A stretch of DNA of 64,000 bases from an uncultured Nitrospiraceae bacterium. GTDB lineage: Bacteria; Nitrospirota; Nitrospiria; Nitrospirales; Nitrospiraceae. The notes under the pieces are model-generated. The model did no database searches. It saw only the letters and a program-made list of their open reading frames with translations, and had not been told where the DNA came from. Below, one piece after another: positions 40,390 through 52,747 of this stretch (position 1 is the stretch's first letter; every line of letters begins with the position of its first letter). The stretch is taken from positions 1,088,001-1,152,000 of the forward strand of contig CAWJWJ010000001.1 of assembly GCA_963846575.1 (NCBI GenBank), given 5' to 3'. A program made the translations under genes and the position numbers.

Positions 40390-42503
40390 CAGTGGCTCGC
40401 CCCGCTCTTGCTGGATGAGCCTGTGAGGTTGGCAATCATATCCTTCAGATTGCCGGTCTTCATCGCATCGGCCATGTAGCCCTTCGCCTGTTCGATCCCC
40501 TCGGTCGCCACTTCCAAGGTGATGACGGTCGTGCTGATCTTGTCGGCATGTTTCTCAATCAACGCCTTGGTGCATTCCCGCATGAACCCTTCCGGTGCAC
40601 GGTCCAACCGGGCCTGTGCATCAGGTGTCCAGGTGTACGGAGACGATGGCGCTTCAGCAGCCGGCGCCGCTTCGGAGCCGTTCCCGTTCAGAGCAGGGGC
40701 TGCCGCTGCCTCATTGGCTTCATCCATCTCGGCTGAAGGCTGGGCTACGGTGCCGGGAGTCTTGTTGGCAAAAATCGGCGTGTAGTCTTCGGAAGCCGCT
40801 TCCTTGATCATGGGGCCGGCATATTCCAGCGTGATCGTCGTCATGCCGAGCTTGCGGGCGCTCTTTTCGATTTTGGCCTTGGCCCGCCGCCGCTGGAATC
40901 CGGCCGGGACGGCGCGGATGGCTTCCTTGGCGTCCTTGGTCCACTGCATCGGAACGTCGTCGTAGGCCAAGTCGGTCTCGAGACCTCCCTCGGTCTTCGC
41001 GGCTGCTTCGAAAATCGTCTTGTCGACCTGCTTGAACCGGTTGCCCTCGGCGCTGCAGACCGGACATTTTACCGGCGTGTCGCCCTTTCCAATGTATCCG
41101 CAACCGTCGCAGACAAAATAGTTCTGGCTCATGCGATCCAGGTAGGCCTGGGTGCCGGGGCTGTTGACCGGTTTTTCCTCGACGACCTGGCTCATCATGT
41201 TGCTGAGGGTGGACCCCATCAGGTCCTGAGCCACGCTTTCATCGGCTTGCATCTTGTCGCGATCGATCCCAGCGGCATCCAGATTCCCGCCCAGGGCCCG
41301 CATCGCATCCATTGCCCCCTTCGGGAGAATGTGGCCGACGGCGGCGTCGACGACGGTGTTGCTGATGATGGTGTGCCCCTTCTCGATGGCATAGCGGTGG
41401 ATGGCTGTTTTGGCCACGCCACGCGCGAAGATCGGAATCCGTTCCATGCGGCGCAGGGCCTCTTCGGTCCAGGCGATCGTGTACTCCGCCTGCGTATCGA
41501 TCGGCGGCACGTACTTGCGATTCGACACGAGAATGTTGCACGAAGCTGCCCGCAGGAGGTTTTCCGTGTTGCTGCCGATGTCCATATCCTCGTCGCTGTG
41601 CACGCCGATCCGTCCGACGATGAGCAGCCAGGGGTTTTCTTTCCGCACGTATTGAATGATTTTTTCGAAGGCTTTTCCGTCCAGCAGGGTCGTTTTCACG
41701 TCCGTCTGTTCGGCCTGGGCGATTTCCCGTGAAATATCCAGGTGGGATTGATAGATCTTGGCCAGTCCGCTATCGATGACTTCCTCGTGCAGTTTTTCCT
41801 GCTCCTTGAAACGGAACACTTTGCCGGCTTCCTCGTTAAGGACGCCGGAAATGCTATGAAACGCCGCATAGTGGAAGTAGGGATCAAAGGCCGAGATCGC
41901 CTCCACCGGCACATTAAAGGCCTTGCCGAGCGCCAGACCCGTCATGAGTCCGCCGAACGAGTAGGGGCTGCCGTCCACCGCGACGACGATCTTGCCGGTA
42001 CCCACGGGGGTCGGTTGCTTGATGATCAGCATGTCGGAGTTGCGCACACGGCGGAGCACCCGTTCCGTATTGCTGCCGATCACGCTGTCTTTGACCGCGC
42101 CGACACCCAAGGCCCCCATAATCACGAGATCGTAGGCGTTGGTATTGATGTCCTCAGCCAGCACCTTCCAGTTGCGGCCTTCCAGGGAACGGCGCTCAAT
42201 GGGAAGGTTCGCCTCGGTGCATTTTTTATCGACGTAGTCGAGGTAGGAGTCGGTGATGATCTGCAGCCCGCGGGTGATCAGCGAATCGTGAATCTGACGC
42301 TGCCGGTCGAGTTCCTTCTCGTCGTGATATTCCTCGGGAAGGCCGGCTTCCATCTGCTTAAACCGTTTATCGTGCATCTTGGCGGCATAGACGTGGCTGC
42401 CAACGATTTTGGACCCATAGGTTTTTGCCAGCTCCACGCCGACATCGACTGCTGTATTGGAATGGTCGGAGTTATCGACCGGGATATAGATGGTCTTGTA
42501 CAT
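40389..42503 (-). CDS. Tandem universal stress protein fused to three PCP_red domains and a rubredoxin-like Cys site
   Basis: MYKTIYIPVDNS and IVVAVDGS USP starts, GSNTE twice, WTEEA/WTKDA/WTPDA repeats, CDGCG...CPVC. Confidence 0.85.
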   Translation of the reverse strand: MYKTIYIPVDNSDHSNTAVDVGVELAKTYGSKIVGSHVYAAKMHDKRFKQMEAGLPEEYHDEKELDRQRQIHDSLITRGLQIITDSYLDYVDKKCTEANLPIERRSLEGRNWKVLAEDINTNAYDLVIMGALGVGAVKDSVIGSNTERVLRRVRNSDMLIIKQPTPVGTGKIVVAVDGSPYSFGGLMTGLALGKAFNVPVEAISAFDPYFHYAAFHSISGVLNEEAGKVFRFKEQEKLHEEVIDSGLAKIYQSHLDISREIAQAEQTDVKTTLLDGKAFEKIIQYVRKENPWLLIVGRIGVHSDEDMDIGSNTENLLRAASCNILVSNRKYVPPIDTQAEYTIAWTEEALRRMERIPIFARGVAKTAIHRYAIEKGHTIISNTVVDAAVGHILPKGAMDAMRALGGNLDAAGIDRDKMQADESVAQDLMGSTLSNMMSQVVEEKPVNSPGTQAYLDRMSQNYFVCDGCGYIGKGDTPVKCPVCSAEGNRFKQVDKTIFEAAAKTEGGLETDLAYDDVPMQWTKDAKEAIRAVPAGFQRRRAKAKIEKSARKLGMTTITLEYAGPMIKEAASEDYTPIFANKTPGTVAQPSAEMDEANEAAAAPALNGNGSEAAPAAEAPSSPYTWTPDAQARLDRAPEGFMRECTKALIEKHADKISTTVITLEVATEGIEQAKGYMADAMKTGNLKDMIANLTGSSSKSGASH

Positions 42504-42601
42504 CGAAACGCCTCCTAGGCAAACACTCTATAGGGGGATGAGATCAGAGAACCGCCAGGAAATCAAACGGTTGAATGGGACTTTACCCCAAAAGAAACGG
42601 C

Positions 42602-42631
42602 ATGATAGCACCGTGCTCTCAGCGAATGCAA
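42602..42631 (-). promoter_or_regulatory. Sigma-70-type promoter for the USP operon
   Basis: TTGCAT-N18-TATCAT with an extended TG. An IHF consensus AATCAAACGGTTG lies at 42561-42573. Confidence 0.45.
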
Positions 42632-42668
42632 GCAAACCGGGCCTGGAGCAAGGGGCTGTGATTATCGT

Positions 42669-44312
42669 CTAACTCATTGGACTCACAGCAGTCTTTTCAG
42701 TGGTGGCGGCCGGAGGGTGAGCGGGGCGGCGCGAGCGGATGATGTCCTCTAAATTCAGCAGCGCTTCCCGTCCGGAATTGTTTTCGATGCCCCGGATGAG
42801 ATTCGCGTCGGCATAGTGGGCCGTATCCGGCCGCGATTCCGGCGCGGTGGTTTGCGACAGTGATCCCGACCAGGCCCGCGGGTCACGGCTGCCTTGTTTC
42901 TGTTCCCAGGCCGCGAGGCAGGCTTTCGCGATGATTTTGTTGAGCGGCGCAGGGTTATAGAGCAGCTTGCGAATGCTGGTCGGAGTCAGCATGAGTGGAT
43001 TGTACCCCGCCGAGAGGTAGCCCTCCTCCAGCAGCCGGTGTTCGAGGTCGGTGTTGGGTTGGATGCCGAGGAAGAACATCAGGGGGAAGACTCGCTCTTC
43101 TCCGAGAATCGAAGCCACCTTCTTATAGGACTCCACGCTCTGGAGCAGGCTCTCCTCCGTCTCCTTCGGGGAGTTCAGCGAATAATTGAGGATCACCTTG
43201 CCTTTGAAACCGGCCTCAGCCAGATAGCGGCACCCGTCATACAACCGTTCCAGCTTGAAGCCCATGTGCAGGTTGTTCAGGACCTCCTGCGACCCCGAGG
43301 TGATGGCGACTTCCAGGTCACCGACTCCCGAACGTACCATCAATTTGGCGAGTTCCGGCGTGATCAACGAGGTCCGGATGTAGCCGGACCATTCAATCTC
43401 CAGCTTCTCGCTCAAAATACGTTCCAGTATCTCCGTGCACTGGGGGTAGGCTTCCTTGCCCGTAATGAACTGGGCATCCGTAAACCAGAACCGGCGGGCG
43501 CCCCACTGGTGATAGTGTTGGGAGATGTCCCGTACGACCATGTCCGGCGGGCGATACCTCACGCGCTTCCCTTCTATATAGGGGTAGAGGCAGAAGGCGC
43601 AGTCATAAGGACAGCCGCGTTTGGTTTGCACGCCGATGGATTCGTCCATGTAGGCGCCATGTTGCGGAAAAATAGAGGTGAGATAGGGCAGGTCGACGGT
43701 TAACGCGTCGAGCAGCGCCGGCGAACCCTGGTTGCCCTTGCGGGTCTGTTTTCCTTCGCGGATGATGTAGCGCTCGTTGGCGAGTGATTCACCATTGATG
43801 ACTTTGAGGATCGCATCTTCGCCCTCGCCCAGAATGCCGATGGTGCCTTCGGGGAGTTTTTCGATCAACTGATCGGCGAACGCCGTAAACGCCCCGCCGC
43901 CGATCATGATCTGGCTCTTGGGGAATTCCTTGCGGATCAGCCAGGGATAGGAGAGGTTCGCGCGGATGTGACTGTAGTATCGATACAATTGTTTGAGGCC
44001 CGCGAACGAGGCCATCACCCGCTTGACCGGATTTCCGGCAAAATAGAAGTTGAATGCATGCTCCAGTGAGGCATCGCCTTCATGCGGAGAAAAAATCTGG
44101 ATGTCCCGCCACGAAAAGCAGACCAGATCCGGTTTGAAGTCGAGGGCTGCATCCCGGATCGCCTGGCTGCGCTGCCCCTCGGGAAATAGGGACAGGTCCA
44201 GAATCCGCTGCCGCACCTCCGGCTTCCGGCGATGGATGAAGTCGGCCAGATAGGTCACCCCGATGGGATAGACCTTCTTGCAGGGGAGAAAGATGTACAG
44301 AATGGAATTCAT
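42669..44312 (-). CDS. B12-binding radical SAM protein, resembling the cyanobacterial Slr0320 family
   Basis: YPIGVTYLAD, FSWRDIQI, GVQTKRGCPYDCAFC and FWFTDAQFI motifs. Confidence 0.8.
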   Translation of the reverse strand: MNSILYIFLPCKKVYPIGVTYLADFIHRRKPEVRQRILDLSLFPEGQRSQAIRDAALDFKPDLVCFSWRDIQIFSPHEGDASLEHAFNFYFAGNPVKRVMASFAGLKQLYRYYSHIRANLSYPWLIRKEFPKSQIMIGGGAFTAFADQLIEKLPEGTIGILGEGEDAILKVINGESLANERYIIREGKQTRKGNQGSPALLDALTVDLPYLTSIFPQHGAYMDESIGVQTKRGCPYDCAFCLYPYIEGKRVRYRPPDMVVRDISQHYHQWGARRFWFTDAQFITGKEAYPQCTEILERILSEKLEIEWSGYIRTSLITPELAKLMVRSGVGDLEVAITSGSQEVLNNLHMGFKLERLYDGCRYLAEAGFKGKVILNYSLNSPKETEESLLQSVESYKKVASILGEERVFPLMFFLGIQPNTDLEHRLLEEGYLSAGYNPLMLTPTSIRKLLYNPAPLNKIIAKACLAAWEQKQGSRDPRAWSGSLSQTTAPESRPDTAHYADANLIRGIENNSGREALLNLEDIIRSRRPAHPPAATTEKTAVSPMS

Positions 44313-44320
44313 GAATCTTG

Positions 44321-45097
44321 TTACTTCGTGGCCATGTGGATGGCGACAATGCCGCCGCTGAGGTTCCTATACGAGACCTCGCGGAATCCGGCTTCACGCA
44401 GCAGCGTCGCCAGGCGTTCCTGGTCGGGGAACGTGCGGATGGAGGCAGGAAGGTATTCGTAGACCCCCGTTCGATCGCGGGCCACCTTCGTCCCGATCCA
44501 GGGAAGCAGGCGGAAGGAATACCAATCGTAGAGTCCCCGCAGCCAGCGATAGGCCGGCCGTGAAAATTCCAGGCACACGAAGCGCCCGCCCGGACGCAAT
44601 ACCCGTCTGATTTCCGTAATGGCCTGCGAGAGATTGCCCACGTTGCGCATGCAGAAGCCTGTCGTCACGGCATGGAAGGTATCGTCGGGGAATCCCAATT
44701 GCTCCGCATTGGCCTGCAAGCAGGTAATGCGCTCGCGGAGTCCCCGGCCGGCGACCTTGCGTAACCCTTCCGCCAGCATGGCATGGTTGAGATCAGACGC
44801 CACGACATGACCATGCCGGCCCATCTTGGGTTCTATCAACAGGGCGAGGTCTGCCGTGCCGGCTCCGATGTCGAGGGCCCGCCCGTTCGTCACGGCGGGA
44901 ACATAGGAGGCGGTGAGCCGTTTCCAGCGGTGGTGAAGGCCGAAACTCAGCAGCGTGTTGTTGAGATCGTAGACTCGGGCGATCGCCGTGAACATCCGTT
45001 GGACCGCCTGCTCGCGGGCCTGCCCCGACCAGGTCGAAACGGCCTGCGCCGGCCCATCGGCATGTTCGGCGACTGAGGACTTCTCCACTCGTACCAT
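44321..45097 (-). CDS. ubiE: Demethylmenaquinone/ubiquinone methyltransferase (UbiE/MenG)
   Basis: MFTAIARVYDLNN...SFGLHHRWK, LDIGAGTAD, YEYLPASIRTFP. Confidence 0.9.
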   Translation of the reverse strand: MVRVEKSSVAEHADGPAQAVSTWSGQAREQAVQRMFTAIARVYDLNNTLLSFGLHHRWKRLTASYVPAVTNGRALDIGAGTADLALLIEPKMGRHGHVVASDLNHAMLAEGLRKVAGRGLRERITCLQANAEQLGFPDDTFHAVTTGFCMRNVGNLSQAITEIRRVLRPGGRFVCLEFSRPAYRWLRGLYDWYSFRLLPWIGTKVARDRTGVYEYLPASIRTFPDQERLATLLREAGFREVSYRNLSGGIVAIHMATK

Positions 45098-45103
45098 TCG
45101 AGC

Positions 45104-45133
45104 GTGGTAGCACCCGCTTTTGACCTTTGTCAA
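45104..45133 (-). promoter_or_regulatory. Sigma-70 promoter of ubiE/menG
   Basis: TTGACA-N18-TACCAC, ending 6 nt before the ATG at 45097. Confidence 0.55.
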
Positions 45134-45459
45134 GATCGCCAGGGCGCCAGCCGAGCCTGATGGTGCATCGATGGAGTCAGAACAGTGACCGGAACCGATC
45201 GGCGGGGCAGGTCTCGGCCTTCTGCTGTGGATTTCTCCGCCTCCACGACGTGCGGACGGATGAACGAGAGCACTGGTGCCGACCGTGAAGAGAACACCTG
45301 CGGCGCCAGGTCGGGCTCGGTCTCATTGCGAGGACCGGCTGAGCGCAGTCCCTCTGCTTCAGGTGTCTCATGCCCTCCGCCGTCACCTCACGTGCCCAGG
45401 GACTTCCGCCGGTGCGGTAGCCGTCGTCGGATGACCGGTCCGTGGTGTGACATCCGGCA

Positions 45460-45468
45460 TGGTATAAT
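45460..45468 (+). promoter_or_regulatory. Extended -10 promoter of uvrA
   Basis: TG-G-TATAAT, ending 9 nt before the ATG at 45478. Confidence 0.55.
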
Positions 45469-45477
45469 CCGCGGCTT

Positions 45478-47985
<2,508 letters not shown>

Positions 47986-48350
47986 GTGGGCGGGACGGCC
48001 CTCCTCGCGTGCGGAACGCCCACCAGAAACCGGTCCCGTTGGTTTCAGGTGCGCCGGAGTGTAACGAATTGACGACCGCGATCTGCTTTCAGCCTACGTA
48101 ACGCAATTCTTGTCTCGTCTCCGCATGCATCTTCCTTCTTTACCCTCTCGTTGATCCGTCTCCGTTAAACCAGGCTTTTGCCGCGGCCTTCCAGGGTAAT
48201 CCCCAGTACGTAGCCAACTTATGGAGCGTATGCTTCAAGAAGCAGGTTAGCCCGTATCTGTAACAGCAATGAGTTCACTGTCATGGGCCTTCATGATGTA
48301 GGCCATGTAGGCCGGATTTCACCTTTGGAAGAAGGTTAGAGGAGGGTTTT

Positions 48351-48773
48351 ATGAATGTTTCAACACAACGTCGCGGAATCGGTCTCTGTCTGATGGCGCT
48401 CAGCCTGGTCGTCGCCGGCTGCAACACCACCAAAGCCACGGTCGACACCACGGTCAACTTCTTCTCCAGCACCACTCCCAACGATTTGTTTTCAGCCGAT
48501 GGGATGGTGCTGAAAGAGCAGAAGATCAATTTGTTTGCCGGGGTGACCTATGAAAACCTGCGGCAGGAGGCCGCTGCGGGCGGGGGCCAATATGTGAGCG
48601 CCCTGGCTTCGCTGTATGAAATTCCGGCCGATAAACACAATGATTTCGGGCTGGTGCTTCAACGCAAACATGCCGACCTGTTCACGGCTGGCCTGGCAGA
48701 GGACAACAAGGCCCACCTGAAGATGGTCAGCACGCTGAATCGGGAACTGGTGGCGGCGTCGTTGCTGCCATAA
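48351..48773 (+). CDS. Lipoprotein, DUF3015-like
   Basis: Lipobox VAGC and ENLRQEAAAGGGQYVSALASL. GGAGG RBS. Confidence 0.7.
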   Translation: MNVSTQRRGIGLCLMALSLVVAGCNTTKATVDTTVNFFSSTTPNDLFSADGMVLKEQKINLFAGVTYENLRQEAAAGGGQYVSALASLYEIPADKHNDFGLVLQRKHADLFTAGLAEDNKAHLKMVSTLNRELVAASLLP

Positions 48774-48803
48774 GCCACAGACTCAGAGGAGGCAGACTTG
48801 GGA

Positions 48804-48890
48804 ATGATGGGGAAAGGCTTCATCTTGTGGTGGCTGGGAGTCCCGGCAAGCCTTCTGATGCTGTTGTGGTTTTTGGGAATATTGAAATAA
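48804..48890 (+). CDS. 28-aa membrane micro-protein
   Basis: GAGGAGG RBS, then MMGKGFILWWLGVPASLLMLLWFLGILK*. Confidence 0.6.
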   Translation: MMGKGFILWWLGVPASLLMLLWFLGILK

Positions 48891-48947
48891 CAGTCGACCA
48901 TCGACGCATCTGACGGATGCGAGATGATGATGAATTTGGGAGGAACT

Positions 48948-49331
48948 ATGGCCTTACGATCAATGTTTTTGATGGCTGCGGCTCTGACGATGGCCGGGTT
49001 GCCGGCCTACGCCGCTGATATGGAAATGCATGTCGTCGATAAGAACTGTTTCATCGAGATTTTTGAGGACGACGACTACGATCAGGACGATCCGCATGTC
49101 GTCCTGCAAGGACCGAAGGAATACGCCACCCTCAAGAACCTGGCGGGGAAAGATTGGAGTAATGACATCGAAAGCGTCATCGTCGGCTCCAACGCCACTG
49201 TCCGCGCCTATGAAGATAAAGACTTCAAAGGCACCGAGGTTGCGTTTGCTCCAGGGCAACGGGTACCCAACCTCGGCAAGCTGGATATGGCGAACGATAT
49301 CGAATCGATGAAAATCAGCTGCGGGAAGTAA
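48948..49331 (+). CDS. Exported beta/gamma-crystallin domain protein
   Basis: Signal peptide, two NDIES motifs, FEDDDY / YEDKDFKG Greek-key pattern. Confidence 0.8.
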   Translation: MALRSMFLMAAALTMAGLPAYAADMEMHVVDKNCFIEIFEDDDYDQDDPHVVLQGPKEYATLKNLAGKDWSNDIESVIVGSNATVRAYEDKDFKGTEVAFAPGQRVPNLGKLDMANDIESMKISCGK

Positions 49332-49391
49332 TCCCCTGTCTGCCGAACCATGCCTTGCCGGTCCCTCATGGACCGGCAAGGCGTCGTGTCT

Positions 49392-50351
49392 TCACGAGAT
49401 CCATCGATCATAGATGTACAGCACATCGAAGGTGATTCGGGCGCCGAAGGTCGGGCCATAGTCCTTCTGGTTGATGAGATCGTTCCACGTCTCGAAGGTG
49501 ACGGCTGAATAACGGAACGCGAGCGAGACGAATCGTTCTTCCAGCGAGTCTCCACGATGATCGACGAACAGGCCTGAATCGAAGGTTACGGCCACCTCGA
49601 TTTCCCACGGCGTGCGATCCTCCCAACAGCGGTAGTTGCCCAGACCGACCGAAGCCTGACCCAGATAGTATTGCGGAGCGACCTGGCGGAAGGCGGCTCC
49701 GCTATAGGGGCGGCCATATCGTCCCAGGGCTGACAGTCGCAGGTAATCCCGGATCCATGGCACCGAGTCCATGACCGCCAGCCGTCGAAATCCAGCCTGC
49801 AGATAGGGCTCGTAATACAACGACCCTCCGGCCCCGCCGATGCCGGCGAAGAAGGCGTCCTGTGGCCCAAGCAGGCGGAACCATCGGGTCAGACTCCCGC
49901 TCAACATAAAATCGTTGGCCTCCCGTTTGTTGCCGATCGGGACTGGCGTGAAGCCTCGTAATTTATGCACGACATCGTTTTGCAGGAACCGGCTGGGGCC
50001 GTCTCGCGTGGGGCCGCCCCCTGCCGTGACATTGAGATTCCAGCCGGGAAATTCGTCGAGCGGGTGGGTCGCGCTCACGGTGAAGAAGTTCAACCCCATC
50101 GTTTCCCGGATGTCATTGTAACGGTTGCCCGCCCCGTCGAACTCCGTGAAGCGGTCCACCACCGTTGCGCTGAACGTGAGCGTCCGTTCACGGTCCGGGT
50201 AGGCGATCGAACCCCAATGCACGCTCTGGGCCGGAGGTTCCGCCCATGCGCTGTGGACGACTCCGAAGAGCACTCCGCACAACAACAGCAGCCCGCAAAC
50301 AAACGCACCGACCATGGCACGCATGCTGCCTGCGTCGATGAGAATTCGCAA
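49392..50351 (-). CDS. Exported, probable outer-membrane beta-barrel hypothetical protein
   Basis: Signal peptide and amphipathic aromatic-rich strands. The family was not recognised with confidence. Confidence 0.6.
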   Translation of the reverse strand: MRILIDAGSMRAMVGAFVCGLLLLCGVLFGVVHSAWAEPPAQSVHWGSIAYPDRERTLTFSATVVDRFTEFDGAGNRYNDIRETMGLNFFTVSATHPLDEFPGWNLNVTAGGGPTRDGPSRFLQNDVVHKLRGFTPVPIGNKREANDFMLSGSLTRWFRLLGPQDAFFAGIGGAGGSLYYEPYLQAGFRRLAVMDSVPWIRDYLRLSALGRYGRPYSGAAFRQVAPQYYLGQASVGLGNYRCWEDRTPWEIEVAVTFDSGLFVDHRGDSLEERFVSLAFRYSAVTFETWNDLINQKDYGPTFGARITFDVLYIYDRWIS

Positions 50352-50638
50352 TCAGTTTCGCATGGACGGTGACTGGAGCGCTGGCGGCAGGAAGCATGCT
50401 GGCATCTGTCATCGGATCCCGAGAAAGATTGCCAAGGCGAGGGTGGAATTCATGGACGGACGAGGGGTGCTGCCTGGAGGCCTCCGACCATGGGGCGGTA
50501 GTCCCTGTGAAGGGCCGGTAGCCGGGGCGCAACAGCCACACGTTTCGCGGGAGGTCATGCCACATCGACGCAGGTCGAAACCTGCGTCAGGAGGGGGCGC
50601 GCCAAAGGCAGTCGCAGAGTGAGAGCGTGACTCCGCTG

Positions 50639-51331
50639 CTAGGTGCTTTCGGTTGAGAGTGACGCGATAAACGAATCGGCTTCTTTAATGGACGCGTTCA
50701 GTTCCTTGATCAGCGCGGCGATATTGTTTTCCACCGAACTCAATTCACCCTTTAATGAGGCGATGGTTTGTGCGTTCAGGTTATGTTTCAGAAAGAGCAC
50801 CTGGTCTTTGAACTTCGTCAATACCGGGTCCATTTTGGCTTCCGCCCGTTTCATGGCCTTGATCAATTGGGCATATTGGGAGCGGGTCTGCGTGAGCTGG
50901 GTTTGACTTTTCTTGCGCAGGGAAGAGCTGGAATACTCCTTCAGTTCCCCTTCCCATTCGTCAAACAGGGCTTCCGAGACATTCTCCACCGAGGCGACGC
51001 GATCCCGGACCGCTTGCGCCTTGGCCTGGCTCCGTTCGTATTCGCTGTTGAGCACATCGTATTTTTCCTGTAACTCCCCGCCTTGAATATTCAGGGTTTT
51101 GGTGAAACGCTCCAGGGCCGATGAAAACTGTTCCTTGGCATCCTGCTGGGCGTCACGGGCCTTCTTCACATCGCTTACCATCAGGTCGCGTTTGTGGTAG
51201 CCCAGCTTTTCCATCGTTTCATAATAGGCCGTTTGGCATCCCACGCCGGCGAGACTGAGCATCACGATCGCACCGGTCAGGAAAGAGCGAAATGGGCGGG
51301 AATACTGTTGAGAATCTTGAACGTTGGTCAT
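50639..51331 (-). CDS. DUF2959 family coiled-coil lipoprotein
   Basis: Lipobox GVGC, YYETMEKLGYHKRD, DQVLFLKHNLNA. Confidence 0.85.
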   Translation of the reverse strand: MTNVQDSQQYSRPFRSFLTGAIVMLSLAGVGCQTAYYETMEKLGYHKRDLMVSDVKKARDAQQDAKEQFSSALERFTKTLNIQGGELQEKYDVLNSEYERSQAKAQAVRDRVASVENVSEALFDEWEGELKEYSSSSLRKKSQTQLTQTRSQYAQLIKAMKRAEAKMDPVLTKFKDQVLFLKHNLNAQTIASLKGELSSVENNIAALIKELNASIKEADSFIASLSTEST

Positions 51332-51619
51332 GGCATCCTTCCGTGGATAAATGATATCGCTGGCTGAACCGTTGAGGGACTGGTCCTACCCGCTTCCTAG
51401 ACAGCGCCTGATTCAGGTGGCCTGTCATTATCGCCGATACGGGATCCGATAGGGGGAAGTTGTCCCCCTCATCATCACATTTGCCGGACGGCCGGGCAGG
51501 ACAGGTGTTCAACCCCTGTGTTTTCTCCCATCCGCCGTCGCGAGCGGAGGACCGGCAACCGACAAGCGCCACTGGTATGCCGGAACAGACGGCCGGTTTT
51601 CGGAGGCTCGCGGGCCGGT

Positions 51620-52747
51620 TTATTTACCCATAAAATCGCCCGCTGGAGATAACGCCTCTACATGGTCGCAGAAAATCTTGAACGCCACCAGCAGGGGAAC
51701 GGCCAGGAACGCCCCGCCGATGCCCCAGATCCATCCCCAAAGCATGACACCAAGGAGCAGCATGACCGGATTGAGCTCAAGGCGTTGGCCCAGAATCATG
51801 GGTGTCGCGAATGACCCTTCGATGATCGCCAGTCCTACATAGACCCCGCCGACCAGGAACATGTGCCCCACTTCATCAAACGTCAGGGCCGCCACCAGCA
51901 TCACCACGATGACCCCGAAGAGGTGCCCCAGATAGGGAAGGTAGGTCAGCAAGGCCGCCATGGCGCCCCAGAGAATAGGGTTCGGCATGCCGAGGAGGTA
52001 CATGGCGATTCCGACGGCGATCCCCAGACCCATGTTGATGAGGGTCACCGTGGAGAGATAGCGGAACAGTTGCGCTTCGATCTCCCGCACGATCTCCACC
52101 GCCCGCTTCTTGTCCTGCCAGCGAGGAAGGACTTTCACGAGTTTCTGGAGAAACAGATCGCCGGAAGACAGCAGGAAGAACAAAAGGACCAGGGTGGTCG
52201 CGAACCCGATGACGAACTCGCTCGTGATGCTGAAGAGTTTGATCTGCCAGCCTTCGCTCTTCACTTCCACCTGTTGAACCTTCTTTTTCGACTCATCCAG
52301 CGTCGTGGCTTTCGCGAACAGTTCCGTTGCCTTGCTCATTTCCTGCATCGGCTTCTTCAGCACGCGCAGCTTATGCTCAGCCTCGCGCAGGGCGGCGGGC
52401 GCCCTCTCGACCCATTCGGCGGCGGGCTCGGACAGCCGGGACACTCCATATCCGAGCGAGGCAACCAGCAGGACCAGTAGGAGGGCCGCTCCCAGCGGTT
52501 CGGGAACATGGAGCTGTTTCATGCGCCGCAGAAGGGGGGAAAAAAGGACGGTGAACAGCAGCGCGACCGCAATAGGCAGAAAAATCACGCGGCCAAGATG
52601 TAGCGTATAGAGCACGGCCAGCACGAAGAGACCAGCCAGACTCACCGAATGGATGCTGATTTTTGAGTTGACCCCGGTCCCTGCCGGCGGAAGGGGGGCT
52701 TCGGGCGCGGGCCGTTCTGACTGTGCCGGTGGATGGACCATCTTCAC
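51620..52747 (-). CDS. AI-2E family transporter
   Basis: Multi-TM protein with LGMPNPILWG...YLPYLG, LNP and WGWIWG...AVPLL motifs. Confidence 0.9.
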   Translation of the reverse strand: MKMVHPPAQSERPAPEAPLPPAGTGVNSKISIHSVSLAGLFVLAVLYTLHLGRVIFLPIAVALLFTVLFSPLLRRMKQLHVPEPLGAALLLVLLVASLGYGVSRLSEPAAEWVERAPAALREAEHKLRVLKKPMQEMSKATELFAKATTLDESKKKVQQVEVKSEGWQIKLFSITSEFVIGFATTLVLLFFLLSSGDLFLQKLVKVLPRWQDKKRAVEIVREIEAQLFRYLSTVTLINMGLGIAVGIAMYLLGMPNPILWGAMAALLTYLPYLGHLFGVIVVMLVAALTFDEVGHMFLVGGVYVGLAIIEGSFATPMILGQRLELNPVMLLLGVMLWGWIWGIGGAFLAVPLLVAFKIFCDHVEALSPAGDFMGK

